NCBI GenBank assembly: GCA_963841435.1
Contig: CAWJCS010000005.1
Span: 1,664,001 to 1,728,000 of the forward strand
DNA: 64,000 nucleotides
Direction: 5' to 3'
Source: an uncultured delta proteobacterium
GTDB lineage: Bacteria > Myxococcota_A > Polyangia > Polyangiales > Polyangiaceae
The notes beneath the pieces were generated by a model. The model was not told the DNA's origin. It saw only the letters and a list, made by a program, of their open reading frames with translations, and made no database searches. Made by a program: the position numbers and the translations under genes. Of the stretch, positions 1 to 9,381 are shown piece after piece (positions within the stretch are counted from its first letter, which is position 1; each line of letters begins with the position of its first letter).

Positions 1-128
1 GTGGGGGCGCCGCCCGGCGCCGGATTGTCGCTGCGATGCTTGCAGGCAAGGAGCAGCGAAAGCGAGAGAACGAGCGACACCACCAGCCGCCCGCGACGAG
101 CCGCGCGTGCGGACGAGCGGGGGGTCAT
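1..128 (-). CDS. Putative lipoprotein, N-terminal part only (runs off the window start)
   Basis: Manual translation from ATG at 128: MTPRSSARAARRGRLVVSLVLSLSLLLACKHRSDNPAP (basic N-region, hydrophobic stretch, LLAC lipobox). ATGA overlap with the upstream gene's stop. Confidence 0.65.
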   Translation of the reverse strand, partial: MTPRSSARAARRGRLVVSLVLSLSLLLACKHRSDNPAPGGAP

Positions 129-3100
129 CGGGGGGTGCCGGGGGCCGGCGTGGCGCTCGCGACGACCTGCCGCACCCGGGCGCGTCGCCCGGCCGAAAGC
201 GTGACTTCCTGGGTCATCGGCGTGCTGCCGCGGATCTCGACGCGATGCTGCCCGGCGACGGCGGGGACGCGCCGCACCGGCCCACTGCCGACGAACTGCC
301 CGTCAACGTAGATGGGGTCCGTGCCGGGCGTCTCGATCTCGATGACGCCGTTGCCCGCCTTCAGCGTCATGTCCGGGGGCGGCTCGAGATCGTCGGTCAT
401 GAGCGCCGGTGCGTTTGCCGAGCTCGCCACCGGGATGATTGACGCAGCCGAGACGGCGGGCGTGGCGGCGGTTGGCTCGTCTCGAGGCTCCTCGGGGGAG
501 ATCAGCGGAAGAACGACGAAATTCGTGACGCCGAACGCGACGCCGAACGCGAGGAGGCCCTTGCCGACCGCGGCAGCCCAGCTGCCGGATGCTTCCGGCG
601 CTTCGGGGCGTCCGCGCCGTGGCTGTGGCGGCTCCGTCTGGGCGTCGCGCGGCGAGGTCCTCACGATGCGCGGTGGCGCGGGGCTGGTCGGCTCCGGGTC
701 CAGCTCGTCGAGCCCCGCGGGCTCGTGGGTTTCGGGTTTGCGCGGAGCGGCTGCCGGAACGGCCTCGGCGGCTTCGTTGCGAGGGGCGGAGCGCGCCGTC
801 TTGGGTGGCGCTGAGCTCACGTCGTTGTCGCCGAGCAGTCCGAGCACGTCCTCGCCCGCGACGACGGCGCCGAGCTCCGGGGTGCTCCGTGCGGGTGGGC
901 GGGCGGCGTCGAGCGGCTCCTCCGGCTCGCCGCTCGCCGCCGCGGCCTCGCTCGACTTCGCCGTCGTGGGCGCCTCGTCCGGCTTGGTCGTCGTGGTCGG
1001 GCCCGCGGAGAGCGGCAAGGTTCTCGCGGCGACCGGGGCGGCGCCGACCCCCTCGAGAGTCCGGGCAGCTTCGCCGCCGAAGTGGAAAAGCGGCGCCGAC
1101 GCCTCCGCGGTGGCCGGGGTCTTGCTCGCGTCGAGCGGCAGCGTCTTCGAAAGGCCGCCGATTCGCAGGCTCGGTCCCGGGGCCACCATCGTGCTCGCGA
1201 AGGCCGCGGCCGTCTCGGGCGCCTCGCGCGCAGGGGTCGTCGGGGGCTCGGGCTCGGTGGCGGCCAGATGATTTGCCGCGACCGGAGCGTTGGTGGGGCC
1301 TGCTTCCGGCGCCCCCGGATCGGAGGGGCGCAATGGATCGGTTCCGGGGGGCGTGGGCTCGCTCGTCGCGTCGGCGAACCAGCCCGCGTCGTGCTCGTCG
1401 AGAGGGCTCACGCCGGGCTTGGTGCCGGCGCCGAGCCGCTCGGGCTCGGGTTCCGGCGGGGGCGCGCTCGGGACGGGGGCGATGCTCGGGGGGTCGAGCT
1501 CGGCCGAGACCACGCCACCACGTCGCGCGATGTCGGAGAGCACGACCTCGAGCAATCGCGACTCGGCGGAGCCACCGAGCACGAGCTCACGCACCGGCTC
1601 CCCGGCGAGGAGCCGCTTCAACAGGGCCGCCGCCGGCGCCGGGGTCGAGGGCAGGTAAGCCTCCACGAGCGGTCGGTCCAGCTCCAGCTTACGCAGGCGC
1701 ACGAGCGCATGCTGCGAGACGGCTCCGAGCCCCGCCCGGGCCCGCCCGAGCGGCGCGGCCATCAGCTCCGCGAGGGTGCCCTTGAGCTCGACGCGGGTGG
1801 AAGAATCGTCAGGCTCCACCACGAAGCGGCCTGCGCTGGCGCCGAGCAGGCTGCCGAGCACGGTTTCTCCCCGGACGAAGCCGCCGTTGACGCTGCTTCG
1901 GCTCAGCGAAACGAGCCGCCCTCGCCGGACCTGGGCTTCGAACAGGAACGCGGCGTCGCGCACCGACACGCGCACGTTGCCGCCGCCGAGGCACACGAGC
2001 TCGAGCACGAGGCGCGGCGTGATCCCGTCCAGGCGTCCGCGGACCTCCCCGCCGGCGAGGATCCGCGCCTCGACGCGCGCCCGTGGCCGCAGGACCTCCC
2101 GCACGCGCTCGACGACGGCCGACGCGGCCGCCTCCTTGCGCAAATAGCCGTCGGCGCTCGCGCCGAGCTCGCGCACGCGCTGCAGCAGATCTTCCTTCCA
2201 GGACAGCAAAATCACGGGCGTGTCCCGCACGGCGACGTCGCGCTTGATCTCGTGGCAGAGCGAGAAGCCGTCGAGCTTCGGCATGAGCACGTCGCTCACG
2301 ACAACGTCAGGCTGTGCGCCGAACGTGAGCTCGAGCGCCCGTTGCCCGTCGTGGGCTTCGAGCACCTCGACCCCCACGGCCTTGAGCAGCCCGCTCATGA
2401 ACCAGACGACGGCCGGATCATCGTCCGCGACGAGGATCTTGCGCCCGTTGAGCGAAACCCCTTCGGGCTCACGGGAAAGCCGTAGTCCGCGCTCGCCCGC
2501 GCGCCGCTCCGAGCGCGTCCAGGGAGCGAGCGGCACGGCGCCCTCGGGTCCGGTCTGCCGGAAGCGCAGAGCGCCGCTAGAATGCAACGTGACGAGCTCG
2601 CGCACGCGCGCGACCGCGCCCCACACGGCCGCGAGCACGTCGTGCCCCTCCCCGAGCGGCACGCTCGCCTGCGGCGAGCCGGCGTCGAGCGCATCGACCA
2701 GACCGCGTTTGAACTCGTGCGCAATGCGCTCCGAGAGCGCCGCCACCGTGACGTCACCGAGCGGGTCGCGCGAGGCGCGCGGCCGCGCCGAGCGCTGGCG
2801 CAGCTCCTCGACCGTGCGCCTGAGGACGTCCGGGCTCGCCGGCTTCGCGAGCACGCGATCGACCCCGAGCTCGACGAAGGCGCGCGTCGCCTCGGGGTTA
2901 TCGAAGCTTCCGACGACGACGACGGGCAAAGGCTCGATCAGGGCGTCGCCGAGCAGCTGGTCGAGCACGTCGCGCGCGCGCGGGTGGTCGCCGTCGATGA
3001 CCGCGGCGTCCGGGCCCACCATGCGCGCGAGCTCGATGGCCCGATCGGCGTCGTCGGTCCGCTCGCACTCGAGCACGGCCTCGCCCGCGCCCTCCGTGAG

Positions 3101-3529
3101 CGCGTCGGCCAGCGCCTTCGAGCCGAGCACGAGCACGCTGATGGGGAACGCGACCGGAGCCGCCCGCTCACGTGACTCGGGGTCGCGCGTCGAGGCGGGC
3201 GCGCCGAGCACGAGGGACGGCAAAAGGTCGAGGGCGCGGGCCACCTCGGCGAAGGGCTTTCTCCCTCGCTGAGGGGCGCTCCGTACGCTCCGCTCGGCCT
3301 CGGCGAGCGCCTCGGCAACGCTCGCGAAGCCGAGCACCCGGGCCGCCGAGCCCACGGCGTGCACGCGCCGCAGCAGGCCGTTCACGCGGTCCGCGTCGTC
3401 GGGGACCTGCTCGGCGACCTCGAGGGCGCCGCGCAGCGCCTCGAGCCTCCGGGGCAGGCTGCCGACGAACTCCGCGCGGGCGCCGATCAATCGGGCGTCG
3501 TCCTCGCGGCTTTCCGGGGCGGGGGCCAT
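125..3529 (-). CDS. Membrane-anchored multidomain response regulator: Hpt-REC-REC-DUF4388-like-Pro/Ala linker-TM-PEGA
   Basis: Hpt-like RRVHAVGSAARVLGF; atypical REC (PDAAVIDGD); canonical REC (ILVADDDP...PDVVVSDVLMPKLDG...GYLRK); DUF4388-like VRGRLDGITPRLVLELV; TM LLAFGVAFGVTNFVVLPLI; PEGA-like IYVDGQFVGSGPVRRVPAVAGQHRVEI. Confidence 0.8.
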   Translation of the reverse strand: MAPAPESREDDARLIGARAEFVGSLPRRLEALRGALEVAEQVPDDADRVNGLLRRVHAVGSAARVLGFASVAEALAEAERSVRSAPQRGRKPFAEVARALDLLPSLVLGAPASTRDPESRERAAPVAFPISVLVLGSKALADALTEGAGEAVLECERTDDADRAIELARMVGPDAAVIDGDHPRARDVLDQLLGDALIEPLPVVVVGSFDNPEATRAFVELGVDRVLAKPASPDVLRRTVEELRQRSARPRASRDPLGDVTVAALSERIAHEFKRGLVDALDAGSPQASVPLGEGHDVLAAVWGAVARVRELVTLHSSGALRFRQTGPEGAVPLAPWTRSERRAGERGLRLSREPEGVSLNGRKILVADDDPAVVWFMSGLLKAVGVEVLEAHDGQRALELTFGAQPDVVVSDVLMPKLDGFSLCHEIKRDVAVRDTPVILLSWKEDLLQRVRELGASADGYLRKEAAASAVVERVREVLRPRARVEARILAGGEVRGRLDGITPRLVLELVCLGGGNVRVSVRDAAFLFEAQVRRGRLVSLSRSSVNGGFVRGETVLGSLLGASAGRFVVEPDDSSTRVELKGTLAELMAAPLGRARAGLGAVSQHALVRLRKLELDRPLVEAYLPSTPAPAAALLKRLLAGEPVRELVLGGSAESRLLEVVLSDIARRGGVVSAELDPPSIAPVPSAPPPEPEPERLGAGTKPGVSPLDEHDAGWFADATSEPTPPGTDPLRPSDPGAPEAGPTNAPVAANHLAATEPEPPTTPAREAPETAAAFASTMVAPGPSLRIGGLSKTLPLDASKTPATAEASAPLFHFGGEAARTLEGVGAAPVAARTLPLSAGPTTTTKPDEAPTTAKSSEAAAASGEPEEPLDAARPPARSTPELGAVVAGEDVLGLLGDNDVSSAPPKTARSAPRNEAAEAVPAAAPRKPETHEPAGLDELDPEPTSPAPPRIVRTSPRDAQTEPPQPRRGRPEAPEASGSWAAAVGKGLLAFGVAFGVTNFVVLPLISPEEPRDEPTAATPAVSAASIIPVASSANAPALMTDDLEPPPDMTLKAGNGVIEIETPGTDPIYVDGQFVGSGPVRRVPAVAGQHRVEIRGSTPMTQEVTLSAGRRARVRQVVASATPAPGTPR

Positions 3530-3656
3530 TGGGGGGCCCTACCACACCGCCTCCGAAACAAGCCAAATATCCGCGGTTGGCGCAGCGGTCCTTCCGCGTG
3601 CGACGAGCACGCGACGAGCGCAGAAAACGAGCCGAAGTCGCTGGCTACCCGGGTGC

Positions 3657-4178
3657 TCAGAGCAGGAACGACACCCCGACGGCCAGCGTGGGCCGGCCGA
3701 TGCGCATGGTCAGCGTGATCCGGTCCGTGAAGTGAAAACGCCCGCCCACCCACAGCGCCAGCCACTCGACGCCCCGGTTCTTGGCGTGTCCGTCGATGCC
3801 CTCACCCACGCGAATCGAAATGCCGGGCTCACCGAACACCGACCAATTCCGGCTCAACCAAAAGTTCCACTGCATGACGACCGGGACCCAGGCGCCATGG
3901 TCCACCCAGTCGAGCCCGAAACCGATGCCGACGCTGTTGTTGATCGAAGAGACGAACCCGTTGTCGACGATCTCGACCGTCCCGCGGAACCCGACTCCGG
4001 GAAGGAACTGGTGAAACGGCGCCAAGAGCCCGTGGGGCTCGGCCTCGAACACGTAATTCGGATGCTGACCGGGAAACTTGATCACCATCTGGTCCGCCGC
4101 GGCCGGTCGCGAGAACGAGGCCGCAGCAGCGAGCGCGAGGGGCCCGAGCCAGCCGAGGTGTCGTGGCATCGCCCGCAA
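3657..4178 (-). CDS. Exported protein, probable small outer-membrane beta-barrel
   Basis: Signal peptide (LALAAAASFSRPAAA), alternating amphipathic beta-strands, C-terminal VGVSFLL. Start may be the ATG at 4169. Confidence 0.6.
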   Translation of the reverse strand: MRAMPRHLGWLGPLALAAAASFSRPAAADQMVIKFPGQHPNYVFEAEPHGLLAPFHQFLPGVGFRGTVEIVDNGFVSSINNSVGIGFGLDWVDHGAWVPVVMQWNFWLSRNWSVFGEPGISIRVGEGIDGHAKNRGVEWLALWVGGRFHFTDRITLTMRIGRPTLAVGVSFLL

Positions 4179-4187
4179 TTAGCCCAG

Positions 4188-5556
4188 TCAGCTGGCCCCG
4201 GCGACTCTTTCGAGGGTGATCCGCACCAGGGCGGCCAGCCGTTCTGGGTTGGTCTCGCCGCCCGCGCCGAGCGTCTCGGCGCCGTCGTAGAGAGGCACCG
4301 ACACCAGCCGGCACGCCGCATCGAGCGCCTCCGCGCCCGTTTGGTCGATGCGGGCAACGGCCGCGCAACCCGGCAGCACGAGCGCCCACAGGGGTGCAAA
4401 CGCATCCACGACGGGGATGCCCACGATCTCGAGCGTCACGCCGTCGGTCAGGCGCAACGTCGACATCGTGTGCGGGACCGGCGCCGCGGGGATCTCGCCG
4501 AGCACGGCGGCGTCCCCGATGCGGCCGAGTGCCGAAAGTGCCGCCGCGAGATTCTGCTGCGACCCCGCGAGCGCGAGACGTGTCGGCCCCTCGAACCCCG
4601 GCCGCGCCACGCGCTGCGCGAGCGCGGCGAGCACGCTGAGGCGTTCGGGGTCGGCGAGGTCGACGCGCAGCGTTCCTCCCGCGAAACGCCGCACGGCGCC
4701 GCGCGCGAGCAGCGCCGCGAGTGCGCTCAAAACGTCGAGGTCGAGCGCCGGCACTTCGTCGAGCAGCTCGCCCAGGCTGTGCGGTGTGACGAGCACGTCG
4801 AGCACGCGCTGCTCCACGTCCGTATGATCGGCCCGCGCGATGACGACGGCGAGCAGGGCGTCGTCGTCGAGGCCGAGCGACTCGATCGCCTTCTTCGCTT
4901 CGTCGAGCTGGCGCACGCCGTCCATCAAGAGCGCGTTCGACGAGCGCTCGATGCGGCGAATCGTGGGCGGCGAGCCACCCGTGAACGCAAACGAGCCCTC
5001 GGACTCACCGAGCAGGCGAATGACGGCCTTTTCGCCGTCGACGCGGCGGTACACGGCGTCCACCACCTCGCCGTCGGTGAGACGCACCTCCCCGGCGCCG
5101 CTCGGCGTCAGGACGCTCAGCGTTCCGCTTCTGCGGTTGGCACCGAGCAGCTGCAAGAGGTCGGCGACGCTCACCTGCTGGAGATCGCCCCGGAAGTCAC
5201 CCCCCGCGGCCGCCGCCGGCGGCACCGAACGTTGCAGGGCATAGACGCGCTTCGCGATGGTCTCCGCGTCCCAACGGGCGAGCTCGCTCGCCTCGCGCTC
5301 ACCAATGCCATCGACGAGCACGAAGCGTGGCAGCCGCGCGAGCGCGGGCTCGCTCGCGACGCGCTCGTCGAAACCCGGCTCGCGCGCGAGGATGCTCGAC
5401 ACCAGCAACACGCTGGCGGCCTGCGAGCGGACGCGCTCGGCGCCGCCTTCGAGGCTGTCCGCGATGCTCACGTCGAGCCCATGCGCCCTGAGCTTCGAAG
5501 CCAGCACGCCGAGCTCGTCCACGTTCGGGCTCGATCAGGAGCACGGTGCGCGACAT
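4188..5556 (-). CDS. REC-like / DUF4388 / degenerate small-GTPase-like protein (apparent +1 frameshift near 5524)
   Basis: ATG at 5556 gives MSRTVLLIEP; removing one base at 5524-5525 continues it into DVDELGVLASKL. DUF4388 motif FRGDLQQVSVADLLQLLGANRRSGTL; C-terminal LEIVGIPVVDAFAPLWALVLPG resembles the G3 region of MglA/ATP_bind_1 GTPases. Confidence 0.75.
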
Positions 5557-7286
5557 CAGTCGGGAAGCCTCGCGCCGGAGACCTGGGAAAGCCGCTGAAC
5601 CAGGAGATCGGCGAGGAGCGGATCGGCGGCGTGGACGGCGCGGATCGAGTGACCTTCCGAGCGTCCCGCGAGCGCGTAGGTGCCGTGCTCGCCGAGCACG
5701 GCGCAGACTTCGACGTTGCGGCAGCCGGGCAGCGCGCCCACGTCCACCGTCAGCACCTGGCGGCCGCTCGCGCCGCGCACGGCCTCGCTGCTCAGCACGC
5801 CGCCGATGCCGACACCCGGGTGCCGGGTCACGGCGACGATCGTCGAGCCGCCGTGAGCCGCCTCGCGCACCGCCGTGAGCACCAGCGCGACCACGTCGGT
5901 CGTCGGCAGCTCGATCACGCGCGGAGCCTCGAGCCAGTCACGCGAGGTGCCGGCCGGCTCGGCAAGCAGCGCGTCGACGATGCCGTCGAGAGGCAGCGCG
6001 CGCAGGCCGAGTCGCGCCACGGGTGACACGCGGCACACCTCCGCGCGGTGCCGCGCGATGCGCAAAAGGCGCGAAAGGTCGCCGCCGTCGTGGGGATAGA
6101 CCGCCACCCCGACGCTCACGTCGTGCCGCTCGGTCTCCCCCGCGGCCGCGAGCTTGTCGAGCACGCGGCGCCGACAGGCGTGCGCACCGAGGCCGTTCGT
6201 CTCGGGCAAAAGCAGGTAAAACTCGTTGGCGTCAACGCGTGCGAGCACGTCCGTGTCGCGCACGACCCCGAGCACGTGCTCGACGCTCGACAGCGTGGGC
6301 TCGGTGGCACCTTGCGCTGCGCCTTCACGCGCGTGCACGCTGATCGTCGTGAGCGCGAAGCGCCGACGGTGGCGCCGCGCCATGTCGATCTCGCGCCCGG
6401 CCACGTCGACGAAGTAAGCGAACGTGTAAGCGCTCGAACGCGGATCCTTGATGCCGCCGCGCTGCGCCTCCTCACGCGCTGCGATCAACGCCAGCGCCGT
6501 CGCGGCCTGCGCTCCGAACGCCGCCAGCAGCGATTCGCGCGCTTGTGGAGCGAGATCTTCGAGCAGCCCCTGCTCGAGCAAGAAACCGCCGAGCTCGCGC
6601 CGCAGCGCGAGGCGTACCACGCCGAGCCCCTCGCTCTCGGCGAAGGCGTCGAGCTCGAGCTCCTCGCAGAACGCGGGTGCTTTGCCGCTCGGATCGCTGC
6701 CGATACGCTGGAGCTGGCGTGAGCCCTCGCCCGCCGGTACGTACAAGATCGCCCGCCGTGCGCCGGCGCGCATCACGAGCGTGGCGAGCCGCTCGGCAGC
6801 CTCGCGGCGCGTTTCGCACTCGGCGAGCCCTGCGACCTCCACGAGCAGCGCCGCCTCGCTGCGCGCCGAAGCGCCCTGCCGCTCGAGCCGCTCGAGCGCG
6901 ACGCGCTCGGCGCGACGCGTTCGCACGCTCGACGTCATCGTGAGCACGGCGTCGCCCGTGAGCGGCGTCAACAGCACGCCCGTCGCACCGAGCGCCATCG
7001 CGTGCGTGCCGAGCTCCAGCCGACTTTCGTGCGTCAGCGCGTAGATCGGCGTGCGCGGTGAAAGAGCGCGCACATGGTGCAAGAGCGCGAGCCCCGCGCC
7101 CTGCCCGAGCGCCACGTCAACCAGCACGACGTCGGGAATGTCCGCCGCCGCGCGCGCGAGACCATCGACGACCGTGTCCGACAGCGACAGGTGGTCGCCC
7201 GCCGCCGACACCACTCGCTCGAGCAGACCCCGGGTCTCGGGATCGGCGACGATCGCAGCGACCTCGAGGGTCGCCTCTTCGCTCAC
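5556..7286 (-). CDS. Response regulator with degenerate GGDEF domain and DICT-like C-terminus
   Basis: GTG at 7286 overlaps the dapF stop (the ORF track's 7466 start is over-extended). REC PDVVLVDV; GGDEF fold KDPRSSAYT...VRDTDVLARVDANEF...VSVGVAVYPHDG. Confidence 0.75.
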   Translation of the reverse strand: MSEEATLEVAAIVADPETRGLLERVVSAAGDHLSLSDTVVDGLARAAADIPDVVLVDVALGQGAGLALLHHVRALSPRTPIYALTHESRLELGTHAMALGATGVLLTPLTGDAVLTMTSSVRTRRAERVALERLERQGASARSEAALLVEVAGLAECETRREAAERLATLVMRAGARRAILYVPAGEGSRQLQRIGSDPSGKAPAFCEELELDAFAESEGLGVVRLALRRELGGFLLEQGLLEDLAPQARESLLAAFGAQAATALALIAAREEAQRGGIKDPRSSAYTFAYFVDVAGREIDMARRHRRRFALTTISVHAREGAAQGATEPTLSSVEHVLGVVRDTDVLARVDANEFYLLLPETNGLGAHACRRRVLDKLAAAGETERHDVSVGVAVYPHDGGDLSRLLRIARHRAEVCRVSPVARLGLRALPLDGIVDALLAEPAGTSRDWLEAPRVIELPTTDVVALVLTAVREAAHGGSTIVAVTRHPGVGIGGVLSSEAVRGASGRQVLTVDVGALPGCRNVEVCAVLGEHGTYALAGRSEGHSIRAVHAADPLLADLLVQRLSQVSGARLPD

Positions 7287-8080
7287 CGAGCCACCTGCCC
7301 CGAGAAGACGTGGCGGGCCGGCCCGCGCAGCGTCACCTCGAGCGTGCCCTGCTCGACGCTGAGCCCGAGCTCGCCGCCGGGCAGCGCCAGGGTGAGCTCC
7401 GCCCCGTACGGCGCGAGCCCACTCGTCACGGCCGCCACCGCGACCGCCGCCGCGCCCGTACCGCAAGCGAGGGTCCGCCCGACGCCGCGTTCCCAGACCA
7501 GCACCGAGAACTCGCGAGGGCCGCGCTGCCGCACGATCTCCACGTTGGTGCCTCCCGCCACGCTCTGCGAAAGCTCGGGCGCGAAGCGGTCGAGCGCCGC
7601 TTCGTCGACGCCGTCGAGGAAGGCCACGGCGTGCGGATTGCCCATGCTCACGCGCTGAAAGGGGACCTCGCGACCCAGCACGACGAAGGTCACGGGCTCG
7701 CCCGGTGTGCCTCGACCCATGCCGAGCGTCACCTCGGCGCGCTCACCCGTGCGCTTCACACTGGCGCGGCGCGGCCCCGCGTCCGTCGCGACGACGTAGT
7801 CGGCGCGGTCGACGCCGTCGCGCTCAGCGAGGAACAATGCCACGCAGCGTAGGCCGTTGCCGCACATTTCCGGCCGAGAGCCGTCCGCGTTCAGCACCAC
7901 CATGCGCGCTCGCGCGTCGTCCGACGGCAGCACCAAAAGCACGCCGTCACCACCGACCCCGTAGTGCCGATCGCAGAGCGCGCGTGCCGCGGCGGCACCC
8001 AGAGCGGCTTCCGAGGCCGCTTCGAGCACGAGAAAGTCGTTCCCGGCTCCCTCGAACTTGGCGAAATCGAGCCGTTGCAT
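7283..8080 (-). CDS. dapF: Diaminopimelate epimerase
   Basis: FAKFEGAGNDF, NADGSRPEMCGNGLRC, SMGNPH, WERGVGRTLACGTG motifs. Confidence 0.97.
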   Translation of the reverse strand: MQRLDFAKFEGAGNDFLVLEAASEAALGAAAARALCDRHYGVGGDGVLLVLPSDDARARMVVLNADGSRPEMCGNGLRCVALFLAERDGVDRADYVVATDAGPRRASVKRTGERAEVTLGMGRGTPGEPVTFVVLGREVPFQRVSMGNPHAVAFLDGVDEAALDRFAPELSQSVAGGTNVEIVRQRGPREFSVLVWERGVGRTLACGTGAAAVAVAAVTSGLAPYGAELTLALPGGELGLSVEQGTLEVTLRGPARHVFSGQVAR

Positions 8081-8168
8081 CGGGCGCTCCGGAGACTTCC
8101 ACCTCTAGCACTCAAGCTCCCCCGGAACGAGTGGGCAGCGAGGGGGCTTCGGGTATGATGCACGCTTC

Positions 8169-9206
8169 GTGCGGCGGGTGGTCTGCATTAGCGTTCAGGC
8201 GCTTTTCCTTTTGGGAGGAACGGCCTGGGCGGCTCCTGAGCCGCGTGTCCATCTCGACCTCGGCGGGTGCGCGCGGCTCGATGCCGCGTCCGTGACGCGC
8301 ATCTTCGCCGCCGACCTCGGCGCGCCCTCCACCGACGAGGAGGGGCCGGACGTGACGACCGTCACCATCGAGTGCGCCGGATCGCGCGTCTTCGTCAGAG
8401 TGGTCGATCCGTTGAGTCGCAAGACGCTCCGCCGAACGTTCGACTCTGCATCGTTCGGCGATCAGGGAGAGTCGCGGCTCGTGGCCATTGCCGCGTCGGA
8501 GCTCGTGCTCGCGAGCTGGGCGGAGCTGGCGAACAACCCTGCGCCGCGCGTCGAGCCCGAAGGTCCCGCGCCGAGCGCCGGCTCACTGACGACGGCGCGT
8601 GCCACCGTTCGACAGCACGCGCGAGTGACGCCCGCGTCGCCGCCCCCGCCGCCGCCCTCCGAGCCCGTAGGTGAGCCAGGCGCGCTGGAGCCCGGCGATG
8701 CGGAAGCCGCGTCCGAGCGGCGTGCCGTGACGCCCGCGACGCCGAAGGTCGGGCCACCCGTCTGGCGCATCGTCGCGCTCGGCTCGGTACGCGGCTTTTT
8801 CCGTGACTATGGCTACCTAACCGGTGGGGTCGCGCGGGTCGGTGAAGACCGTGAAGGACTCATGAGCTGGGCGCTGGATGTGACCGTCGACCAGGGGCGG
8901 ATCCAGGACCAGCAGGTGACGAGCACGTCGCTCGGGGCGCTGCTGTTCGCCCATTTGAAAACCGAGGTCATCGTGTGCCGACTCGGCGCAGGCCTGCGGC
9001 CCGGCATCCTCGCGGCGGGCTCCCTCACGGTTGCGACGTGGGGATGGCCGCTCGGCGCCGCGAACTGCAGCTTGACCCCCGCGCCGTTCGTGCTCGAGCT
9101 CGGGGGTGAGCTCGGCTACGGCGTGCTCGAAAACCACGGTCCGACCCTGCCGAGCCTGCGCGCCGGCTGGTACTCCGTAAACTTCGGGCTCGGGATGATG
9201 CTCTGA
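8169..9206 (+). CDS. Exported hypothetical protein with Pro-rich linker and beta-strand-rich C-terminus, upstream of an ECF sigma factor
   Basis: Signal peptide (LFLLGGTAWA); C-terminal YSVNFGLGMML; first gene of the ECF/anti-sigma unit. Confidence 0.65.
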   Translation: MRRVVCISVQALFLLGGTAWAAPEPRVHLDLGGCARLDAASVTRIFAADLGAPSTDEEGPDVTTVTIECAGSRVFVRVVDPLSRKTLRRTFDSASFGDQGESRLVAIAASELVLASWAELANNPAPRVEPEGPAPSAGSLTTARATVRQHARVTPASPPPPPPSEPVGEPGALEPGDAEAASERRAVTPATPKVGPPVWRIVALGSVRGFFRDYGYLTGGVARVGEDREGLMSWALDVTVDQGRIQDQQVTSTSLGALLFAHLKTEVIVCRLGAGLRPGILAAGSLTVATWGWPLGAANCSLTPAPFVLELGGELGYGVLENHGPTLPSLRAGWYSVNFGLGMML

Positions 9207-9381
9207 GCTACGGTGGGGGGAGCGGCAGAGTCACGACGATGCTTCTTCGGTGCGTTCTCTCGGCGGTGGGGGCTCAGTCCGGCGCGCGGTCGCTGCGGCC
9301 GGGCACACTGCCGAATTCCAGGAGGACTGTCCCGTGAGCCGACCCGAGCCCGGCGCCCCACCTAGTCAAAGGCCCTCCTGC

